A DNA stretch of 64,000 nucleotides from the human T2T-CHM13v2.0 reference genome, Homo sapiens (GCA_009914755.4 CP068257.2:24864001-24928000), one strand, 5' to 3'. Counted from the stretch's first letter, positions 14,984-27,840 are shown. Program-made: numbers and translations. The notes: a model not told the origin generated them from the letters alone.

Positions 14984-17900
14984 AGATCATGTCTTTTGCA
15001 GGGACATGGATCGACCTGGAAGCCATTATCCTCAGCAAACTGATGCAGGAACAGAAAACCAAACACTGCGCGTTCTCACTTGTAAGTGGGACCTGAACAA
15101 TGAGAACACATGAACACAAGGAGGGGAACAACACATACTGGGTCCCGTCAGGGGGTGCGGAGGGAGGGAGAGCATCACGATAAATAGCTAATGCATGCGG
15201 GGCTTACTACCTAGGTGATGGGTTGATAGGTTCAGCAAACCACCATGGTACATGTTTACCTGTTTATCTATGTAACAAACCTGCACATCCTGCACATGTA
15301 TCTTGGAACTTAAAATAAAATAAAATTAAAAACTTTTAAAAGAGAATAAAGTAGGGAGATGAATTAAGAGGCACTAATCCAGGTGAAACAGTTTTAAGAG
15401 ATTAAATCAGCATCCTTGGTTTCCCCATCAAATAACCCATCATGCTAACCAGCCCAGACTGATATTGCTTTACATGTATACGAAAGACATCTGGTTAAAT
15501 CAAATAGCACTGCCAATCAATTTTCACCTAGAGATATGCTCAGGTATTTTCTTAGTTCTTACATTTTGTAAATAGGTGGTATGCTGAATGGACATCAAAT
15601 TCAATAACAAATTCCCATAAGAAACATCAGGACTAATTTATCCAAAAGGAACATTCAAATTAACATCAATCAGCAATAGCAAATAATGACCTACTTTATC
15701 TTGTACTGATCTTGACTAAGGAAAGAATTCATGATGCACTGCTACCTCTATTGAACTCTTGAGTATATCTCATTCCAAAGAGAATGGTGAGCAAAACATT
15801 GTTTCATTTGGGTCATGGATACATGCTGTATATTCCAGTCCACCCACCCATAGGTTACTCATGACAGGGCCTCTAGATAGAGGCAGGACAATTATATATC
15901 AAAGAAGAAAATATGAAAAGACAGATAAAATATTTGCTGATGTTTTATAAAGAAAATTCAGTGCACTTCTTTATCAGTCAAAGGTAGTATTTTCAATGTT
16001 TTTCTCTTTGTTTTGGAGCCGTACTGTCTCCTTTGTAGCTGTTCTGTCCTTCAAGAAAGGACCTGTGGTGGTATGGATTGAAAAGTTGACTCTGTCATCA
16101 CCTTACAAATGAATTCTATCTGAAGTGAAAAGTCACCAACAGTTTTACATTGATGTTGTGTTGTTCCATGTGGTATTCTGTCAAAACTACGTGCCTTCTT
16201 GAACAAAGATTTCACCTTTATTTTTAAGCACATTTCAACCAACCACAGTATCAGACACTTCCACTAGGAGGTTAATGAAAATTGGCAATATGGACAATAT
16301 TCCCACTGTAGAGAAGATTTACCATATATTTTTTAGAAGTTTACAGAAGGTACCTTGACCTAGTCTTGATCTACTCCATAAATGGGTTTAAGTGGACTTG
16401 AAAGTCCCTAAAATTATTCGCAAAGTTGTGAATCTGTTATATGATCCAGTAGCTTTTATCAGAACTTCAAAGGCATCTGTAATGGCACTTCCCCTCAAAA
16501 ATTTTTTAAAAAAACTTTAAAACAACACTGACATAGAAATATGCAAAGATGGTATTTTTAAGGGTTATTTATATTTAGGGAGAATGCTCTCCCAAATTAT
16601 AGACAGTTTGCTTGCAAAATTTAGTTCTGTTTTGATTAAAATGGACTTTTTGCTTTCACATCTTACATTTCCAGAGAAAATATTTTATTTTACCAATTAT
16701 AATGTTCCATAGTAGGATAAACCTTAATTTATTTCAACCACATTTATGAGCACTCACTCTACACTGGAGGATATGATGATGCCACAAAGATAAAACACCG
16801 CGTTCCTGCCCTTGAAAATCTACAGTCTATCAGGAGAGATGGAGACACAGCTGATGATCATATACAGTGAAAAAACCCAACGAAGGAAATGAATTCAAGG
16901 GCAGTTTTGTTCTCGGGATAATTGAATTCTGCCAGAAGTTATTAAGACTGGAAAGGTGAATACGTTTTTCCAGACACAGGAAGAAATCAAGAGTGTTCTG
17001 AGCACAACAAACAATAGGCATGAAAGCGTGAATGTTCAGCTTGGTGGGAGCCCAGGCTCTGAGGAAGGCTTGGCTGAAGGGAAGTCTGGACTTCGTCAGG
17101 AGGCAAAGGATCTTGTGCATGTTAGGTGATGAGGAAATATTGAAAATGGTAAGATAGAGGAAAGATATAATCTGAATTATTTTCGAAGTTTAACTGTGGT
17201 GAACGAGATGAGGACAGATTGAAAGTATAATAGGAAGCTGCCAAAAAAAGGCAATTTTTTGAATTAATAACATAATATAGTTCTGGCCTCTTTTCTAGAA
17301 GTTATCCTACTTTTCTTTGTCTAACTTTGTCCTTCTAATCTGTCAGCAATTACTATTGATGCTACCTCTAAAACATATTCTGAATCTACTCATTTGTCTT
17401 TATGCCTGTGCTGTTATCTGAGGAAATGCCCCCTTTCTCTCTCTCTTGCTCCCCTGAGATAATTCCAAAGTTGTGTCTCTGCTTCTTTTCTTACCCCTCA
17501 CAATCTGTTCACCACATGGCAGCAAGTGGCCTTTTAAAATAAAATACCAATCAGATCATTCCATTCCCTTATTTAAAACTCCCATGGCTTTCTGCTATGC
17601 TTAGGAGTCACATCCAACCTCTGCATTGCGGTCTGCCGGACTCTGTGTCATCTGACCTATGTCAACTTCTTTCTGCCTACTATCTCATTTTCTACCACTC
17701 ATTCACTCAGTTATGATGCTCCAGCCACTCCAGTGTTCTTCCTGTTATTGGACCACCTCAAATTCTTTCCTGTCCTAAATCTTTGGCTAGAAATACTCTT
17801 CTCCTTCATTTCTGGGACCTTTTCAGGCTCTAGATCAAATGTCACCTTCTCAGAGAAGCCTTTGTGACCACTCAACCTAATGTAGGCTGCCCAAACTCAT

Positions 17901-19243
17901 CACACCATCTTGCCTTCAGTACATTTTCTGAGCCACAGACAATAGGCGTTACTCCCCTCTGGAGTAATGATCAAAAGTAGGGAAGATTAGAGTAGATGGG
18001 CATGTGGCCCAATTCCACCAACTGGAACTGGGACTATTTCCCCATAAGAACAAAGTAAAAATTCAGAGTTTTGATAAATTTGTGGCTCAATGAATGAGCT
18101 TTTGTGAGACAGTTAGCATCCTGGCCACCAGAGATTACATAATTTCCATCAGAAAAATATGTTCTAAGGTCCAGGTTTACCATTAAGACAAATATATTCA
18201 TATGTGTATATATTTCATTTGTAGGTTAAGGGTGGCCTATACTTGCTACATTTAAACATTTCATATGCCGGGGGTTGTTTTGCATGTTGGTATTAGAGCT
18301 CGAACCATGTAGGTATATGTATTTAGATATTTGTACTTCTTATTCCTTAACTATTTTATTTCTCAAAATATATGTTTGCTCTGACATTAAATGCAATCCT
18401 ATATCATTAAAAAGTGCTTACTCTCATCTTAAATCAACTAGGCTAACCAAATTTGCTACTCTTGAATTTAATCCAACAATTTCAAACATTGTTGGATTAA
18501 ATTGCTTACATTGAATGTTTTGGCCGCTCCAATCAAAGTTGATGTTGTGGAAAGCAGGAAAATATATTTGGCCTGTATGTCTGAAATCCTAATTCTCTTT
18601 CCTCAGCAACAAACTGTACAAGACATTTAAAAACAAATTACCTTGTGGTAGAGAAATAAAGGCTTAGCCTTGCTTTAGGCAGTTTTGTTGGATTCAGATG
18701 GCTGGAAGCTGAACATGCTTGGTCATCAACCTGGAAGCCAACCACTTAGTAGTAATGTCTTGCCCTTCTCTCTCTCTGTAATTGACTTTTTAAAAAATTT
18801 TGTTAATTTAACATTTTTGTGTACACATATAAAAGATCACTTAGCAAATAACCATGTACCCATTATCAAGAATAAACTGCCATGAGCATTTTGTCACTTT
18901 GCTCCACATATTTTGTTTTTTAAGAAAATAAATGACTACAGGTAAAGACGATGTTTGTAATATTCCCCTCTACAGCCTTATTTCCAGTGCCCTTGACTGA
19001 GAAATGTCAATGTCATGCTCACTTTATAAGAGAAATGCTGAAAGGAATCCATCTGTTCTCACAGAGCATGTATTGAAGGGTGAATTTGGAGCTAAGAGGC
19101 AATAAATTGATTACTGGAATGGGAGTTGTAGAACATTCCCTCCGTCATCCCCTTTCTGATGCCCTACATGAAATCCTCAGTACCATCTTCCAATTCATTA
19201 CATCTCTCTACAGATCTAATTCTATGCAATTAAAAAGATTTCA

Positions 19244-19376
19244 GTGCCACATTATTTTTACTTTCAGTCTTTCTACTTCCTTTTCCTCCTCCTCTTTCTT
19301 CTCTTCCCTTTTATCCTACACTTTTTTTCATTTCTGCCTATTTTTCTTCATTGCTCTTTCAAATTTTTTTCAATGA
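19244..19376 (+). repeat. Polypyrimidine (T/C-rich) low-complexity tract
   Basis: tttcagtctttctacttccttttcctcctcctctttcttctcttcccttttatcctacactttttttcatttctgcctatttttcttcattgctctttc is more than 85 percent pyrimidine on the + strand over about 130 bp. Confidence 0.7.
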
Positions 19377-19990
19377 GTTTCTACCTTTATGTCTTTAAGA
19401 ATATTAAAAAATATTATTTTGAACTAATTTTCAATGGCTCCATTGTATTATTTTATTGCAGTCATTTCATCCTCTTGGATACATGGGTGAGCTGACCTCA
19501 GCCCCATAATAGCTCAAAGGTCCAAGCAGTGAGCGTGGTTCCAGCCCTCAACCATGAGGGCCTCCCGCCTTGAGCTGAGGACTTTGGAATTTAGTTCCTG
19601 CTGCCCCTGCCGCCTTCCTTCCCCAGAGGCTTCAGCACTATCACCTTTAGATTTCTATTCCTATTTTTGGCCCATGAAGATATTTATCTCATTTTTGATC
19701 CCTGTAACTTTATAACTAAAGGATGTTATTCTTAACGTGTGTTCAGGATATTTAATAAGTAAATTTATGGCACTATGTTAAATGGAAGTTTATCTGTTTT
19801 CTGAAAGGATCCACTTATTAAATAAAGGTGTGCTGGGCTATCTGACCCCCCAAATCCCTATAGTCATTGCCTACATGTGAATCATTTTACTGTGTTAACA
19901 TTATGGATGGTTCCCATTGAATGAAGAATTATTGCTACTTATTATTTTTTAGCTTGCTGAAAGATAGTTACAGGCAGTTCCTAATTTACT

Positions 19991-20629
<639 letters not shown>

Positions 20630-22382
20630 TTAAACCTCTTACTTGTAAAATAGAAGCTATTCCATGTTAAGATTATGACAACCATTTGAATTATTTTATA
20701 AATATGATAATTTCAAAAGTATTTAAAATAATTAACGGTTTCAAAAGAAATAATGAATGAATTCTAATGCCGAATAAGGATTTCAGGAACACATCTTTCT
20801 TCCACCTTGGTATCCTGCTATAATATTCAGAAAATCCAAATTCCAATCTTAGGTCAACCAGGTATTAGCTAAGTGACTTTGTGAACACTGTGTAAGCCTC
20901 TTTACCTCTTTAACTTTTGGGTAAAAGCTTTTTTAAGTTGTATAATAATTTCTGCTGTTACTTCACGGTTTTAGGTGTCAAAGGAAATAAGGAAGGTGCA
21001 AGCATTTAAACATTTGAGAACCCTACTTGGGAGCACATGATGTGTCCTCCAAACACTATGGTCTTGTTAATTGTCAACACCTGACTCAGAGCAGGCACAA
21101 GCTATGTTAAGCACTTATAATGAATTAGAAAATAAAGTTGACCCCAAAGGTGAAAAGGATCTGGGCCTTTTTTTCTTCCCAATATGCAAGTGTGTTCACA
21201 ACATGAGTGATCAGAAGTCAGGGGATGCTGGGCTATCCCACGTAACTCTATTCTGCACGAGAAACACATATAAAGGCATTTGGACATTTGGAACAAATTA
21301 GAGCTACAGTAAAGGCCAGAAACACTGCCAGTTTCCCTCTTGCTTTCTCCCCAGGCCAACATATTACCAAAATAAGTAGTCTCATCAATAAACTAGGGTT
21401 TGGAATTTGGAATTAACCAGGCATAATTTCTCAAGTATTATGGCCTCTTTTTTAAAGGCATGAAGTTGGGTAAAATTGATACCTTTTAATTCTGTAAAAT
21501 ATAACCCAATTTACATAACCAAATAAAGTCAAATCACTTTTAATTTTACTTACTGAGTGCTGTACAAACCTCAAAGGTTAGAAAGCCAACAAAAAAAATG
21601 CAGAATAGGCAGCTTTTTATATTTTTCCTGAATTTAGAAATTTTTCATTATATGGACAATTATTATTGAAAATATGTGTTTTTATCATCCAGTAAAAATG
21701 GCTTATGTTGGCATGAATATACTCCATTTCATTGCTACTTTTGTACATTTCTTTTATTTTGCCTGAATATGGCCAGATGAATCATATATAAAGAAAGCTC
21801 AGCTCCTCCAGAACACTGCTATTGTATAAAGAGTACTGCTGCCAAATTCAAAGCTAAATTCAGGTTTGAGGTATCAGAATCTTTTATAGGTCCCAGGAGA
21901 ATATTTTGTTCAAATAATAGTCCAGTGATTTGAGGGTGTGTGCACCTGTTGATTTTCTAGAAATATAATATTCTGCGAAGTCAGGGATAATGAAGGCTAA
22001 GCCATCATTACCTTTTTAAAAATGACAAAGGAATGAACTGTTTCATAAAAGTGTCATATAGAAATTTCAAAAATAAACTACAGAAATTCTATAAATAAAG
22101 AGTAAAGGAAAAAAATTCAGCAACACTTAAAACGAGTAAAAATCCAGAGACATCCTGGTAGAAATCTTAGTCCACAGTCAATCAAAAAGAAGCAAATATC
22201 ACTACAGAAAAACAATTTTGACAGAATAGAAATAAAAATATTCATTGTATTCCAAAAAATAACATCATTTTTGTTAATAGCTAAATATCTTTTTTTAGTT
22301 CAAAAGGTTTACCTTTTAAAGCTTTGATTTCTTTTAGAAATTCCTATTAAATACTATTTTCCAGAAATTTGTTAATGCAACT

Positions 22383-22800
22383 GATATGATTTGGATATGT
22401 GTCCCCTCCAAATCTCGTGTTGAAATGTGATCCTTAGTGTTGGAGGTGGGCCTAGTGAGAGGTGTTTAGGTCATGGAGCAGGTCCCTCAGGAATGGCTTG
22501 GTGCCACTCTCATGGTAAGGAGGGAGTTCTTGCTCTGGTAGTTCAAGCAAGAGCTGGTTGTTTAAAGGAGACTGGCTCCTTCCTGCTCTCCCTCTTTTGC
22601 CCCTTCTCTCACCATATGATGTGCCTGCTCCTCAATTGCCTTTTGCCATGAGTGGAAGCTTCCTGAGGCCCTCGTCAGAACCGGGTGCCAGTGCTATGCT
22701 TCCTGTACAGCCTGTAGAACCATGAGCCAAAATAAATTTCTTTCCTTCATAAATTACCCTTCCTCAAGTCTTTACAGAAATGAAGGAATGAACTAACACA
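22383..22800 (+). mobile_element. MaLR solo LTR (THE1/MST-like) with a perfect 5 bp TSD
   Basis: tgatatgatttggatatgtgtcccctccaaatctcgtgttgaaatgtgatccttagtgttggaggtgggcctagtgagaggtg ... cctgtagaaccatgagccaaaataaatttctttccttcataaattacccttcctcaagtctttacagaaatgaaggaatgaactaacaca. The pentamer gcaac sits at 22378-22382 and again at 22801-22805. Confidence 0.8.
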
Positions 22801-23194
22801 GCAACTTTGTAAAGCACTTAAAATGAGGGGAAAAGGGAAAGTCTAAGACTCAGTTCAATCTATTGGATGGTACAATTATTTATATATTTAAAGAGGAGCA
22901 ACTTCTTGATCAGAAATCAATTTGACCTACAGTTACGGGAGCTTAAGTACTGATTATATGTGGCCATCAGAGAAGAAAACATGTAAGAGATGGAGGAACA
23001 TTCAAAAAGATCTCTTATAAGCCTTTTCAACAGAGATTTCTCTGGAACAGGTGGGCTAACACTACAAAATTTTGTTGGTTTAGTATGTTTCATGCAAACA
23101 CAGTCTATTATTAGAAGCAAACAAAGGGCCACAGGTGAGATTAAAATAATTACTCAGTTTTTCCTTGTGATGACTCTTACACTGATACTTTATA

Positions 23195-23370
23195 TATAGT
23201 ACTTATTAGTCACAACCATTCAGTAGATGTGTATTACCACTGTTTCCTAACATATAATGAAAGTGAGGGTCAGAGGAGGTTAGTAACTTGCCTAAGGTCA
23301 CTCAGTAAGTGGCATTTAGAGGTGGCAATTTGAATAGAAGCATGTCTAGCTCAAAGTCCATTCTATGTTT
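23195..23370 (-). mobile_element. MIR SINE fragment
   Basis: gagggtcagaggaggttagtaacttgcctaaggtcactcagtaagtggcatttagaggtggcaatttgaatagaagcatgtc matches the MIR core in antisense orientation. Confidence 0.6.
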
Positions 23371-24582
23371 ATCACATTAGATAATCTTACATATGTTTCT
23401 TTTGCATCTTTTTTAGAATGATATACAGAGTTTTATGAAATAATTGCATTTCTGATAAACTGGCTATAAATTACCTTTTATAAACAGAGTCACATATTAA
23501 TATACATTGGAAGCACTCACTCATTCAACAAATGCCATGCAATGCATTTATAAAGTAATTCATGAAGAAAACAGGTAACCACAATTTTATATAAATTTCA
23601 ACTACAAATGATAACTCTTAGCTTTGCCTAAAATGGATTAAATCTGTACCAAGTGTGCTTTTGCTGGATCCAGCAGCACTCATTAGCATGGTTTGGGAAT
23701 AGGTGCCCTCTTGCAGACTTGCAGGCTAGCTGAACCAGTAGCATAGTGCATATAAATGCAGATCCTGAAAACATAGGGGAGTGCGGTTTGCAACAGCCAA
23801 GAATGATATCATCAGTCTCTATTTCATTTAATTAAAAATTATCAGCTGTACATAGTGCTATTTTTGACACAGGTCACTGTGGTTCAATGCTATTGGATTT
23901 TATCTTATTAAGCACTTAGCTGTTTGCTGGAATGATGGAGGGGCAGAGCTGTGTATTCACAGAGGTTACAGAGTTAGCCCTTAGACCTTTGGTAACATTG
24001 AATAGTTTATCCTCAAAGGCTCCTTTCTTGAAAACTTTATGTTATGGCTACCCATCCCATCTTTTCTAGTGACAATGATGAAATGTGTTGAAACATTAAT
24101 ATATATCAACGGAAATACTGACATATGTTGACATACATAAGTGTTGGTAAACAACTCTACAACTATAGTAAATAAATAAACCATTCTTCTATCAGAGACT
24201 AGGGCAAACCTAAGCTGTATGACTTTGGATATTACTGTGAAGCTTAGTTTTGCCAGACAATTTTGCTTGTATTTGTATGTTCTGAAAGCCAACTGAGTTG
24301 AGAAACTACTTACAGAATTCAATCTGCTCCAGCAGCCTGAATGATTGTTTTGCCCATAATAAAATTATTTTTTATTCATAAATATATACTTTTTAATTTT
24401 GAAGTAATCCTAAACTTAAAGAGAAAGTTGTAAGTATAATATAAATAACTATAAAAATCATTTTTGTCTGCAGCATTTTCTGCAAATGTTGCCTCCAGTT
24501 ATAGTTTTTCTTTTAATTGTTAGGATTTTGTTTTAAATTTAGCCTTAAAATGTGAGTTTATTGGGCATTTTATAATATTAAT

Positions 24583-24980
24583 TTTATTTTTTTTAATTAT
24601 ACTTTAAGTTCTGGGATACATGTGCAGAACGTGCAGGTTTGTTACATATGTATACACGTGCCATGGTGGTTTGCTGCACCCATCAACCTGTCATCTAAAT
24701 GAGGTATTTCTCTTAATGTTATCCCTCCCCTATCCCCCAACCCCTCGACAGGCCCCGGTGTGTGATGTTCCCCTCCCTGTGCCCATGTGTTCTCATTGTT
24801 CAACTCCCACTTATGAGTGAGAACAGGCAGTGTTTGGTTTTCTGTTCTTGTGTTATTTTGCTGAGAATGATGGTTTCCAGCTTCATCCATGTGCCTGCAA
24901 AGGACATGAACTCATCCTTTTTTGTGGCCACATAGTATTCCATGGTGTATATGTGCCACATTTTCTTTATCCAGTCTATC
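24583..24980 (-). mobile_element. L1 LINE 3' end, antisense, truncated
   Basis: Poly-T, then atactttaagttctgggatacatgtgcagaacgtgcaggtttgttacatatgtatacacgtgccatggtggtttgctgcacccatcaacc ... ccacattttctttatccagtctatc. This is the reverse complement of the L1 3' UTR and the end of ORF2. Confidence 0.85.
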
Positions 24981-27205
24981 AGAGAAATTCATTGACAAGT
25001 TTGCCAAGGTCATCACTGATAAAAATGTGACACTAGGACAAGTCTATAATGATGATGCAATGTGACTGTTTTAGTGTTAGTGGCCCAGAAAGACACTGAC
25101 TACAGCCAATCAGACAGCTCCTACAGGAATTAAGAATGCCAAAGAGAGAATAACTGTGCTGAGAGGTGCTAATGCAGCAGGCACGCATAAGTGTAAACTT
25201 GCTGTAATAGTCAAAAGCTTGCATCCTCCTTGTTTTCAAGGAGTAATTTTTTTAACCAGTCCATTATTACGCTAATAAAAAGACATGGATCACCAGGGAC
25301 ACCTCGTCGGATTGGTTTCACAAACATTTTGCATCAGTGGCTCATGCTCACCACAGGGAAGCTGGATTGGATGGATGACTATTGCAAGATTGTGTTATTC
25401 CTTGACAACCGTTCTTCTCATCCCGCGGCTGAAATTCCCATAAAAATAATGTCTATGTCATGTACTTTCCCCTAAATATGACTTATATGGTTTGGCTCTG
25501 TGTCCCCACCCAAATCTCATGTCAAACTATAATCCCCACGTGTTGAAGGAGAATCCTGGTGGGAGGGGATTGAATCCCTGGACTTCCTCCTTGCTGTTAT
25601 CATGATAGAGTTTTCACGAGATCTGGTTGTTTAAAAGTGCAGCATTTTTCCCTTCATTTTCTCTCTCCTGCTCCAACATGGGGAGTCATGCTTGCTTCTC
25701 CTTCACTTTCCACTATGACTGGAAGTTTCCTGAGGCCTCCCCAGCTGTGGAACTAACTCTTCCTGTACAGCCTGTGGAACTCTTGAGTCAATGAAACCTC
25801 TTTTCTTCATAAATTACCCAGTCTCAGGTAGTTCTTTATAGCAGTGTGAGAACGGGCTATGACAATGACTTTATTAACTCAGTCATGTGGCCAGGGTATC
25901 CTTAGATCGATAAAGAGTAAATATAAAAACATTTTCTTGAACAGCGTGCTAGCCAGCAGTGAACAGAGGTGTGAATGTGGAAAGTTTTCAAACCTTTAAG
26001 GTTTGAAAAAAGTTCAGCATGAAGAATGCCATACATACTGTTGCCAATGCTTGAAACATAGTGATTAAAGTCAAAGTTGTGCATGCCTGACACAACCTCT
26101 GGCCTGCAACTAAGTTCAGTGATGATGATGAACAAGGTGGTGACTTTGAAGGATTCTGTAATTTGAAGGATTATGTAAAGCGAGAAAAAAAGAATGTCTG
26201 ATTTCCTTACATATGCAAAAAATATATCTTCAGAGTTCATTAGTAAGCTGGAAGAGGTGAATATCGAAGACATTTTTAATATCAATAATGAGGCTCTAGT
26301 TCATTCACTGATGATGAAATAGCTGAAATGGTTCTGAATCAAGGTGATCATGAAAACAGTAACAATGAAGATGATGTCAACACTGCAGAAAAGGTGCCTA
26401 TAGACAACATGGTGAAAATGTGTGATGGGCTTATTGAAGGACTAAAGCAGCATGCATTTGTAACAGGACAGGAAATCATGTCAGTTTATAAAGTCAGTGA
26501 GAGGCTTCTAAGACAAAAGCTATTGTTAAGGAGGCAGATGACTCTGGAGGAAACATTTTAAAAAGCCATCCAGCAGAATGCTCTTATCCCTAGAGGACCC
26601 GTTTCCTGGTCCCTCCACTGCTTCTGACATTTCTTCTCACCTAAAAAAATAAAATACAGTGTATAGAAACCTTTTAATTAAAACACAGCATAGTAGGTGG
26701 AAATGGAAAGGCTGCCATTGTTTGTTCCTGCTGTTGTTTAGCAGCTGATACAGGTATTCTGTTACTGTGCTGCTTAGCTACTCTGAACATGTTAATTTTT
26801 CACTGTATTAATGGTTTTCCATATTTTCAACTAAGTACTTATGTACGAATAAGTGTAAGAAAATGCTTGTTTATTGGTGGCACATAAATTCAGAGTCAGA
26901 AATGATGGTGATGCCAAACAACCACAGATTTTCCATGTGGGTGGCTAAGATAGTGACACCTTTGCTTTCTGATGGTTCAATGTACACAAACTGTTTCATG
27001 CACAAAATTATTAAAAAATGTCGTATAAAATTATCTTTATGTTATGTTTATAAGGTATGTATAAAACATAAACAAATTTTGTGTTTAGACTTGGGTTCTA
27101 TACCCAAGGTATCTTATTATGTATATGCAAATATTCCAAAATCCAAAAAATTCTTAAGTCTGAAATACTTCTGGTCCCATGCATTTTGGATAAGGGATAC
27201 TCAAC
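24981..27205 (+). mobile_element. Tigger3/Tigger4-like pogo-family DNA transposon (3' two-thirds), interrupted by an LTR
   Basis: In-frame remnants of a pogo/Tigger DDE transposase appear, ...FIDKFAKVITDKNV..., ...AKERITVLRGANAAGTHKCKLAVIVKSLHPPCFQGV... and ...VLFLDNRSSHP.... Coding homology resumes after the LTR with ...NVEDIFNINNEA...DDEIAEMVLNQGDHENSNNEDDVNTAEKVPIDNMVKMCDGLIEGLKQHAFVTGQEIMSVYKV.... The element ends in ttccaaaatccaaaaaattcttaagtctgaaatacttctggtcccatgcattttggataagggatactcaacc, which matches the terminal inverted repeat (TIR) of the Tigger3/4 group. Confidence 0.7.
25484..25864 (+). mobile_element. MaLR solo LTR (THE1-like) nested inside the Tigger element
   Basis: tatatggtttggctctgtgtccccacccaaatctcatgtcaaactataatccccacgtgttgaaggagaatcctggtgggagggg ... 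cttcataaattacccagtctcaggtagttctttatagcagtgtgagaacgggctatgaca. The hexamer atgact is found at 25478-25483 and at 25865-25870 and is a candidate TSD. Confidence 0.8.
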
Positions 27206-27235
27206 CCGGAATCTCATGAGCCAATTCCCATAATG

Positions 27236-27400
27236 GTAAATATATTTATTTATTATAAGAAATATGTATTGTAGTAAATATTATTTACTATTTACTATAG
27301 TAAATACATATTTTTACTGTTTACTAATTTATACATATATATTATATGCATAGTATATTTATAAATACTTATAAATATTTATATATATTTACTATTACAG
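27236..27400. repeat. AT-rich low-complexity block with palindromic tagtaaata/tatttacta units
   Basis: ...tgtagtaaatattatttactatttactatagtaaatacatatttttactgtttactaatttatacatatatattatatgcatagtatatttataaatacttataaatatttatatatatttactattac. More than 85 percent A+T with self-complementary sub-motifs. Confidence 0.75.
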
Positions 27401-27840
27401 GAATTGGCTTACGGAATTATGAGGACTGATAATTATGAGGGCTCACAATATGTCATTTGCAAGCTGCAGAACCAGGAAAGCTGGTGACTTAATACGGTCT
27501 AAGTCTGAAGGCCTGAGAACCAGGGGTCTGTGGTATAAGTTCTGGAGCTCAAAGATCTGAGAACAAAGAACACTGAAGTCCAAGGGCAGAAGAAGATGAA
27601 TGTCCCAGCTCAGATAGGGCAAATTCACCCCTCCTCTGCCTTTTTGTTCTAGCTGTGCTGTCAGTTGATTGGAGGATGTCCACTCACATTGGTGAGGGTG
27701 ATCTTCTTCCCCCAGTCCACGAATTCAAATGCTAATCTCTTCCAGAAACACCCTCACAGTCACACCCAGAAATAATGTTTACCAGCTATGTGAGTATCCC
27801 TTAGCCCAGTCAAGTTGACACATAAAATTCACCATCACAA

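Larger units (their letters stand above)
13825..15332 (+). mobile_element. L1 LINE 3' portion (ORF2 C-terminus and 3' UTR), split by a nested insertion
   Basis: Left part 13825-14192 reads gatattaaaaagaaacaacagatgctggtgaggctgtagagaaataagaatgcttttacactgttggtggg ... aaaaggaatgaaatcatgcc. Right part 14983-15332 reads agatcatgtcttttgcagggacatggatcgacctggaagccattatcctcagcaaactg ... gtaacaaacctgcacatcctgcacatgtatcttggaacttaaaataaaataaaat. The two parts are colinear with the L1 consensus. Confidence 0.85.

Noticed and set aside
14261-15332. Inverted pair of L1 3' ends read as a single twin-primed L1 with a large inversion
   Set aside because: The + strand L1 on the right continues exactly where the + strand L1 at 13825-14192 stops. 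The antisense piece is therefore a separate nested insertion into a pre-existing L1. Only the 20 bp piece at 14964-14983 looks inverted within the insert.
22383-25864. Two same-orientation MaLR LTRs 3.1 kb apart read as the 5' and 3' LTRs of one provirus
   Set aside because: The downstream LTR has its own flanking duplication and sits inside a continuous Tigger coding region. The upstream LTR has its own perfect gcaac TSD. They are two independent solo LTRs.
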